Positions 46,440-52,842 of a stretch of DNA of 52,842 bases are shown here, piece after piece. Source of the DNA: an uncultured Gammaproteobacteria bacterium (GTDB lineage: Bacteria; Patescibacteriota; Microgenomatia; Daviesbacterales; UBA10151). The stretch's first letter is position 1. Each line of letters opens with the position of its first letter. The stretch covers positions 1 through 52,842 of the forward strand of contig CAYRCR010000005.1 in the NCBI GenBank assembly GCA_964422835.1, in the 5' to 3' direction. The position numbers were made by a program, and so were the translations under genes. Under the pieces are notes generated by a model, which saw nothing but the letters and a program-made list of their open reading frames with translations, did not search any database and was not told where the DNA came from.

Positions 46440-48232
46440 CAATCCCCTAAAATCAGCCTCCAAAACTCCTTGGGGTTGGTGAGGGCTGACAGGAAATCAG
46501 GTTCCAAAGTACCAAAATCCAATTTATTTTCTCCCGGTTTTAGTTTCAAACCAACTGTCTTGGGCTTATAAAATGGTTTATACAGGGTAAAGTCAAAATT
46601 ATAATCCGGCAGGAGATATTTACCCTCAAGAGGAGCCGAGATACCATTTTGGTCCAGTATAACTTTGGCCGTTGCGGACATTACATCCGAAACAATTTTC
46701 AAAAGGTACTCTCCGGAAAAATCCTTTTTCCAAGGGAGGCTTGCAAAAACTTGCAGGGCTACTGGTGACTTTGCTTCGATATCATATTGGTAAATTTTGT
46801 CATCAAAAGGTTTACTCCCCGCAAAAAGCTGCAGGGAGAGTTTTTGTTTACCGGGCTCCGAAGCTTTGAGCCTGACATTAAGGGTAACTTCATTACCGGG
46901 TTCAATTTTACCCGCTGCCCTGACCGGAGTAATATTAAAGGTTTCACCGCCTTGTATAGCACGAAGTTCAAGGGGGTCATACTCATTCCAGATTGACTGG
47001 CCGGTGTTTTTAAAGGCCAGCGACATGTCATAATTTTCCCCCGCCACAATAGTGGAATAAACTAAACTGCGCGAAAGATCGGCTTTATTTTCCTGAGCCG
47101 GCCTTCCTGAAACTTTGGGCAAACTTTGAATAGCCTGATACATAGGATAATAGTCCGGGTATTCCACCCCCAAAATATCCCTTCCTGCTGGCAGGATTTT
47201 CTCATTTTGTGACTCTCCCGTATGCTTCTTGAATGAAAAACGGTCAAACGGTTCTTCCTGATAGGTTAATAAAAAGGGCGTAACAGCCACAATAGCAGAG
47301 TCAATCCAGCATTTTGTAAATGCTTCCTTAAAGTTCCGGGAAACCAGTTCAACGGAAGGCAGGCGGCTATCATATTTTATGCCTTCGGCATGTTTCCAGC
47401 CTGTTTCTGTGATAAATATTGGCAGCTTTTTAACCCCCATACCTTCAAGAAACTCTCTTTCCCATTCCCAGGTCCAGACAGTGCCTTTGCCGTAATCATC
47501 CGGGGATCCGGCAAAATTAGGGTTCGGATAAGAGTGGGAGACCCAGCCGTCCAGTCTATTGAATATTCCGGGAACCGCACTTTCCATTTCGGCAGTAAAA
47601 CTAACCTCATCCTGATAGAAGGGAAGTTTATTGGGCGCAGAAGCATCAAGCCCGGCGTTGAGAACAAAAAAATCATCATTTTTACTTTTTAAGGCCGTGA
47701 TGGTTTTATCTAAAACCCTTGCATAAGAGACGGCATCAACTTTATTTCCCCATTCCAGTGCATGGTTGGGCTCATTATAGATCACCACATAACGGTTTTT
47801 GACAGGCCAAACAAGGGAGTCCAGAAAATCTGCCCAAGCCACTTCTTCCCCTTCATAGGGGAGTTTCCAGAAGGCTTGCCCGGAAATTGGCGAAGAAACA
47901 GGTTCAGTGGCAATTCTCACAATCGGGATGAGATGGCGGCGGCGGAGGTCGTCAAAAAATTTCTGCCAGGCTTTTTGGTCGCGGTTTTTGCTTTCTATTA
48001 AAACCGTAATATAGCCCCAATCTCCGCCCGAGGAATTAACCAGAGCTGCGGCGGGAGAAGCTTCGTCGGCATTGGCTCCAATAATGTGGATACCAAACTT
48101 ATTGTTGGGAGAAGAAAGTGGGTCAACGATCGCAGAAGCAGGCGAAGTGAAAAGTGTAAAGTGCAAAGTGAAAAGTAAAAGGAAAATAAAAAACTTGACT
48201 TCGTGTTTTATTCGGGTTAAACTAAATATCAT
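46439..48232 (-). CDS. secreted clan GH-A glycoside hydrolase with Ig-like C-terminal domains
   Basis: Signal peptide ending ASA; YNEPN acid/base, SHSYP, FITETGW nucleophile; FKNTGQSIW Ig-like domain; start uncertain (48232 or 48274). Confidence 0.8.
   Translation of the reverse strand: MIFSLTRIKHEVKFFIFLLLFTLHFTLFTSPASAIVDPLSSPNNKFGIHIIGANADEASPAAALVNSSGGDWGYITVLIESKNRDQKAWQKFFDDLRRRHLIPIVRIATEPVSSPISGQAFWKLPYEGEEVAWADFLDSLVWPVKNRYVVIYNEPNHALEWGNKVDAVSYARVLDKTITALKSKNDDFFVLNAGLDASAPNKLPFYQDEVSFTAEMESAVPGIFNRLDGWVSHSYPNPNFAGSPDDYGKGTVWTWEWEREFLEGMGVKKLPIFITETGWKHAEGIKYDSRLPSVELVSRNFKEAFTKCWIDSAIVAVTPFLLTYQEEPFDRFSFKKHTGESQNEKILPAGRDILGVEYPDYYPMYQAIQSLPKVSGRPAQENKADLSRSLVYSTIVAGENYDMSLAFKNTGQSIWNEYDPLELRAIQGGETFNITPVRAAGKIEPGNEVTLNVRLKASEPGKQKLSLQLFAGSKPFDDKIYQYDIEAKSPVALQVFASLPWKKDFSGEYLLKIVSDVMSATAKVILDQNGISAPLEGKYLLPDYNFDFTLYKPFYKPKTVGLKLKPGENKLDFGTLEPDFLSALTNPKEFWRLILGD
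48195..48223 (+). promoter_or_regulatory. promoter of the dinB operon with candidate SOS box
   Basis: TTGACT-17-TAAACT with TTCG-N7-TTCG (48200-48214) in the spacer; ATG 7 nt after the -10 (leaderless). Confidence 0.65.
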
Positions 48233-48476
48233 GGTTGAAATTTTGGAACCAATTAATGTTTGGGCCTTTTTCAAAAACGGGGTAATTTCCCCCTATCTTT
48301 TTTTCTGGAACTGCCGCCAAATCAAGGTTGATAAAATAAACCTTATTCATACTACAAAAATTGGGACTTCGTTATTTTACCACTTTGCCATCTCTTCCGG
48401 AAATAACTTCTACCAGTTGAGGCTGGACACAAATAAAATGAAGTGGTTTATCGAAGCAGTCGACTCCGAACCATGA
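48231..48476 (+). CDS. small hypothetical protein translationally coupled to dinB
   Basis: 81 aa MVEILEPINV...PYLFFWNCRQIKV...YQLRLD...W; ATGA overlap with dinB. Confidence 0.75.
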   Translation: MVEILEPINVWAFFKNGVISPYLFFWNCRQIKVDKINLIHTTKIGTSLFYHFAISSGNNFYQLRLDTNKMKWFIEAVDSEP

Positions 48477-49792
48477 ACCATGAACCCCGAACTATCCTGC
48501 ATATTGACATGAATTCATATTTTGCCTCGGTTGAGCAACAAGCCAATCCCAGGTTGCGGGGCAAACCAATTGGTGTCACAGGCGGGGACAGAGAGCAAAG
48601 GACAGTTTTGGCCACGGCTTCAATTGAGGCCAAAAAACTGGGGGTCAAAACAGGCATGTCCCTTTGGGAAGCCAGGAAAGTCTGCCCCCAAATTATTATT
48701 GTTAAATCCTGTCATGATAAATATCTTTCTACCACTACCAAACTTCTGAATATTTTTAAGGACTATTCTCCATATTTTGAAGTTTTCTCAATTGATGAAG
48801 TATTTTTGGAACTACCTGATCGCTCGGGGTCCTGCCGCTCCAGTTTCCCTTCGTCCGTCCTCGGACTACCTGCGGGCGCGGCGAAGGGGACCCTCTTCCG
48901 CGTCACCCCTCGCTACCTGTTAGCTGTTGCAGTGGCCTATGAAATCAAACATAGAATCAAGTCAGAAATCGGTGAAGTTGTCACCTGTTCCATTGGAATT
49001 TCCTACAACAAATTAATGGCCAAGCTGGCAGGATCCTTAAAAAAACCTGATGGGCTGGTAATTATTCCAAACCGGACAGAGGCTATTAAAGTTTTGGATA
49101 GCGTGGAACTGGATGATATTTGTGGCATTGGACCGGCAATCAAGAAAAGGCTGTTTAATTTAGGGATTACCAATTTTTTTCAGTTGAGACAAGTTCTCAA
49201 GCAATGTCTCCTATCTTCATTTAAGTCCTACGGGGAAACTCTCTACAATATGGCCAGGGGAGTGGACAACACCCCAATTTTGCCCTTCTACGAGCGTGAG
49301 GAGGTCAAATCCGTGGGCCACCGCCATACCTTGGACCGCAACACTTCAGATCCAAACGAAATTAGGCAAATTCTCTTAAAAATTAGTGAGATGGTGGCAG
49401 AACGTTTAAGACATAAAAACCTGGTTGGTAAAACTATCCATTTTTGGTACAGGGATGTGAATATGGCAGGTTTTGGCATGCAAAAAACTCTGGCTCATTA
49501 TAGTTTTGACGGACTGGAAATTTTTGCCTCTGCCTGGGAAATTTTCCAGACCATTTGGGATGGGGGGCAGGTCAGGATGGTGGGGACTTCTGTTTCCAAT
49601 ATTAAACCCTCCAGACCAATTAATCTTTCATTTTTACCGGAAGATAAAAGAAAAGAGAAAATTCTACAAGCCTTAGATAAAGTCAATAACAAATTCGGTG
49701 ATTTTACCCTCCATCGGGCCACGCTAATAGGCACTAATTCAGTCTCCCGTAAGCCTAATCCCTTCCTGTCCGACAGAAGATTTAAGATTTAA
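48473..49792 (+). CDS. dinB: DNA polymerase IV (Y family)
   Basis: ILHIDMNSYFASVEQ, SIDEVFL, SIGISYNKLMAKLA, KPDG. Confidence 0.95.
   Translation: MNHEPRTILHIDMNSYFASVEQQANPRLRGKPIGVTGGDREQRTVLATASIEAKKLGVKTGMSLWEARKVCPQIIIVKSCHDKYLSTTTKLLNIFKDYSPYFEVFSIDEVFLELPDRSGSCRSSFPSSVLGLPAGAAKGTLFRVTPRYLLAVAVAYEIKHRIKSEIGEVVTCSIGISYNKLMAKLAGSLKKPDGLVIIPNRTEAIKVLDSVELDDICGIGPAIKKRLFNLGITNFFQLRQVLKQCLLSSFKSYGETLYNMARGVDNTPILPFYEREEVKSVGHRHTLDRNTSDPNEIRQILLKISEMVAERLRHKNLVGKTIHFWYRDVNMAGFGMQKTLAHYSFDGLEIFASAWEIFQTIWDGGQVRMVGTSVSNIKPSRPINLSFLPEDKRKEKILQALDKVNNKFGDFTLHRATLIGTNSVSRKPNPFLSDRRFKI
48821..48913. repeat. GC-rich palindromic element in frame within dinB
   Basis: cgctcggggtcc...ttcccttcg..cgaagggga...acccctcgc adds RSGSCRSSFPSSVLGLPAGAAKGTLFRVTPR right after the SIDE motif. 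Confidence 0.7.
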
Positions 49793-49839
49793 AACCCTTG
49801 CCTCTGGATTTTCTCACCTATTTCTGTTAATTTATCCAA

Positions 49840-50670
49840 ATGGAGGAAATTGGGACTGAAGTTGACTGGAAAGACTTGGCGCATAATTTACGCTCTGCAC
49901 CGGACAATCAAAAAGCTCAAGTTGCAATCTCCGTTAGCTCGATGTTTTCAGGTGTTCCCGAAGCACGGGAATGGCTTGCAAACTACCTAAGATCAGAGGA
50001 TGCCCAAAAAATCCCCACATATGGCATAAGTTTCCTGCTCCGGACTTTTATAACCAACCCTTCTCCTGAAGAAATAACACTTGTAGCAGATAATTTCTGG
50101 AAAGTAGATACTCCGGATTTACTTCCCACTGCTTCACTGATTATTGAAGCCGGAGAGGGAAAATTATCGGAACAAGAAAAAATTAAGCTGGCGGAGAAAG
50201 CTAGGGAGATTTTTGATAACACAAAGCAGAACCCGGAACATGATAACTTCGGCGGAAAGCTTATTGTAATAGCGGGTAAATTTGCCCCACAGATACACGA
50301 GGAATGGATTTTGGAGGAGCTTGATAATTACCCCATACCACCAGTCTATACAACTCAAACTATTCAGGCAGCCGTTGAGTTCGGTATAAAATTCAGCCCC
50401 GAAAAGTTGGTTAATAAATTAATGGATATTTTGAAAAGAACATCTCCCGGAAATGTCGTTAGAAAAACCTGGCTAATTGGTGATTTAAGTAATGTTTTAG
50501 AAATAATTAAACCTGATGATCTTAAACTTCTCTCTCAATCACTGGGTGAAATTGTTAAACTTCCCCCTAAAACAATAGAGAATTGTTTTGCTTTCAAGCC
50601 TCAACTGGTAACAAGGCTAACCCAAAAATTCCCGGAAGAGATGAAAAAAATTCTGGATAAACTTCCTTGA
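49840..50670 (+). CDS. hypothetical all-alpha (HEAT-like) protein
   Basis: 276-aa open frame of amphipathic helices; no catalytic motif seen. Confidence 0.6.
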   Translation: MEEIGTEVDWKDLAHNLRSAPDNQKAQVAISVSSMFSGVPEAREWLANYLRSEDAQKIPTYGISFLLRTFITNPSPEEITLVADNFWKVDTPDLLPTASLIIEAGEGKLSEQEKIKLAEKAREIFDNTKQNPEHDNFGGKLIVIAGKFAPQIHEEWILEELDNYPIPPVYTTQTIQAAVEFGIKFSPEKLVNKLMDILKRTSPGNVVRKTWLIGDLSNVLEIIKPDDLKLLSQSLGEIVKLPPKTIENCFAFKPQLVTRLTQKFPEEMKKILDKLP

Positions 50671-50696
50671 TTGCTATACTGTAAAAGGCAGCGGAC

Positions 50697-50915
50697 TTAA
50701 GTTTTTTTGGATAATAAACATTTCAACTTCAAATCCCATGGAATAGCAGGGTGGGCAAATAATTCTGCAATTGCAACTGCTTCATTGTCCTTTGGGCCAC
50801 CTCCTAATTCCCGTCCAAGCACCAACATGGCTCCATTCAAAACTGTTGCAGGATCTTTTAATAATCTGCTGGCTTCTTCATATTGATTATGTTGGTCACA
50901 TTCAGGTTTTGTCAT
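50697..50915 (-). CDS. small hypothetical protein
   Basis: Open frame from ATG 50915; start uncertain. Confidence 0.35.
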   Translation of the reverse strand: MTKPECDQHNQYEEASRLLKDPATVLNGAMLVLGRELGGGPKDNEAVAIAELFAHPAIPWDLKLKCLLSKKT

Positions 50916-51036
50916 ATCCGGGAATTTTAACACATAAATCTGTCTAATCCACACTTAATACTCCAATACATGAGAGTATTAGAGTATTTGGAGCCGGCTT
51001 TGAAAAACACTCATAGGCTGATATAATTATAGAGTT

Positions 51037-51111
51037 GCGGGATTAGTTCAGCGGTAGAACGTCTGCTTTCCAAGCAGAATGTCAGGGGTTCGATCCCCCT
51101 ATCCCGCTCCA
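51037..51111 (+). tRNA. tRNA-Gly (anticodon UCC)
   Basis: GCGGGATTAGTTCAGCGGTAGAACGTCTGC-TTTCCAA-GCAGAATGTCAGGGGTTCGATCCCCCTATCCCGCTCCA; TTGAAA..TATAAT upstream. Confidence 0.96.
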
Positions 51112-51380
51112 TAGGAATTTAATCGAACTGGTGGATTTTAGCCTCGAAATGTTGCTGAAATTTGTAAATTTTAGCCCTATAGCCTTATACCCTAATGGGA
51201 ATCGAACTAACCTTGAGCTCGCTATTTCTCATCTTGACCAGATTCTTCAAAACTTCCCATCCATTCTGACCCATAGACATGTTGCATAACTGCACAAGCC
51301 AGCAGAAAACATTTTACTGCCGACAATTGACCAAATACCTGACTTGAAGATTTAGAGTTAGGGGAAATTAATAGTTATTT

Positions 51381-52664
51381 TTATTTCTTTGAAGTATCTA
51401 ATTTAACAGGTGTATATAAACTAGCAAAGAGTAAATCGGTTGACATGATGTCTTCTACGCTTCTTTCTTTATTATCTCGCATCATTTGTCTTACTTCTTG
51501 TAGTACAGCTGCCAATCTACCACTAAATTCTCCGCGTTGATGTGTTAACTTTAATCCTTCCTTATATTTACGGCTAGATTCATCGTCTCCTCGTTGCGCA
51601 TCCAACAAGCGACTAACTATTGCGTCTTCATGTCGAACAATGAATGCTTCTTCTTCACCTACGGGAAGAGCCACACCATCCATTGTTTCAGTAAGAGTAT
51701 ACATTGGGCTATCGCTATCCCAATACCACTCTCTTCCAATAAGCCTTTCTCGAAGTGGTCTTAACCTAGGATCACGTCTATTTATTTCTAATAGCTCAAT
51801 CCAAAGATCCTCGGTTAGAGAATCTTTGTCTCGATCTTCAACTGTTGGATTTACAGCTTCTACTTCACTTGAAGCAAGTACACCCACAACTTTACCAAGC
51901 GCATCAATCGCATCACCAAATTCACCTTGTCTAATTCTTTCCTTTAATCGTTCTCTTTGTGATTCAGCAGAAGTATCAAACATTCGTGCAAGCGCAAGAT
52001 GTCTCTCTTCAGGACTTACGAAGGCTTGCTCAAGAAATTGATGAACACGAGGGAACTGCTTTTTAAAGTCTTCCTCTCCAAAATCTCCATCTAACCATTC
52101 AAGAGGAAGGGCTGCTTTTATTGGTTCAAGAAGGGTTGGATCATCAAGTGCAACCACATCATCAAGAACTCTTGCTACAGTCTCGGAGGCTCCATCACCA
52201 TATTCTTGCCCTCGATTTGCTTTAGTTAAAAGACTTACAGCAACACCACTCAATACTGCTTTTGGTTCTCCAAAACGTCCGCTTCGGACTTCTGCTGAAA
52301 GCTTGGCTCTATAAGATTCTGGCTCAGCTAAAACAATGCCTGAAACTAATTGAGAGGACAATGTAGCAAATTCGGCTTTTACTTTTTCATCATCGGATGT
52401 TTCAGCGTGTGCTCTAAATGTATCTATTGAAGGAGAAATCGCGGCGATAACAACCTCTCCACCAGCAGCTTCGATCCAAGCAGGAATATTACTTGCGGCA
52501 AAACCTAATACTTGGCGTGCTTGAGGAAATGAAATACCTCTGACATTAGATAAATCTGCTAGTGAGTTTTCGACATCAACTCCGCTGCTACCTGGTTTTC
52601 GCAAACCTTCGATAGCTGCCTCAAAATGCATTTCTTGTTGTGCTCTTCGTAATTCTTGTTGCAT
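51381..52664 (-). CDS. hypothetical helical protein with three internal repeats
   Basis: 427-aa open frame; recurring (R/K)xxL...G(R/E)F(G/S) helix motif. Confidence 0.7.
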   Translation of the reverse strand: MQQELRRAQQEMHFEAAIEGLRKPGSSGVDVENSLADLSNVRGISFPQARQVLGFAASNIPAWIEAAGGEVVIAAISPSIDTFRAHAETSDDEKVKAEFATLSSQLVSGIVLAEPESYRAKLSAEVRSGRFGEPKAVLSGVAVSLLTKANRGQEYGDGASETVARVLDDVVALDDPTLLEPIKAALPLEWLDGDFGEEDFKKQFPRVHQFLEQAFVSPEERHLALARMFDTSAESQRERLKERIRQGEFGDAIDALGKVVGVLASSEVEAVNPTVEDRDKDSLTEDLWIELLEINRRDPRLRPLRERLIGREWYWDSDSPMYTLTETMDGVALPVGEEEAFIVRHEDAIVSRLLDAQRGDDESSRKYKEGLKLTHQRGEFSGRLAAVLQEVRQMMRDNKERSVEDIMSTDLLFASLYTPVKLDTSKK

Positions 52665-52760
52665 ACTTTATCTATGACGAACTATATCAGTTTTATATCA
52701 TAAAAGCCTATAAATTGCAACAGTTAACAGAAAGTTTATGGTATACTAATTTTACCGAAT

Positions 52761-52841
52761 GATCCTTGTGGTGAAAGTACCTTACTGTTAGGGAGCGAAT
52801 GGCAGAATACTTTTTGTAGATTTGTCTAGGCCACAGGGATC
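52761..52841 (+). ncRNA. candidate structured RNA (three-way junction) at the window end
   Basis: Extended -10 TGgTATACT (52739-52747); 11-bp closing stem GATCCTTGTGG/CCACAGGGATC enclosing two hairpins. Confidence 0.45.
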
Positions 52842-52842
52842 G

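Noticed and set aside
50957-50988. 13-bp inverted repeat upstream of tRNA-Gly as a third small-RNA copy
   Set aside because: No GUAA apex, no terminator and no correctly placed promoter; at most an operator or leader hairpin

Overview
Chromosomal window of a small-genome, AT-rich bacterium using the standard genetic code. Gene content and style fit Patescibacteria/CPR, probably Microgenomates-like (inference from compact or leaderless genes, promoters inside upstream 3' ends, and the set of uncharacterised families). The backbone is housekeeping and DNA repair: lexA, uvrB, uvrA, uvrC, dinB, rsmI, secG, typA, a MacAB-type ABC exporter and five tRNAs. Main points of interest: (1) a 12-kb cell-surface locus (7.3-19.5 kb) encoding a 1876-aa adhesin, a subtilase, a DUF2292/YezD peptide followed by a structured leader, a small and a large protein built from the same Asn-rich 'SGxN...TGDAxA' repeat, and a sortase fused to an FN3 module; several members share a 'GEVLG'-like motif instead of LPxTG. 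(2) Two tiny RNAs, each with its own promoter and terminator and the same ACC-GUAA-GGU hairpin apex, each beside a tRNA gene. (3) A REP-associated tyrosine transposase with three palindromic REPs bracketing a cargo gene. (4) Several palindromic and heptamer repeats sitting in frame inside conserved genes, especially repair genes. (5) A TTCG-N7-TTYG direct repeat in both the lexA and dinB promoters. (6) A GT2 synthase fused to an AlgG-like beta-helix. Four genes are broken by single lesions. No CRISPR array, reverse transcriptase or prophage was seen. All family assignments come from motif recognition by eye, not database searches.
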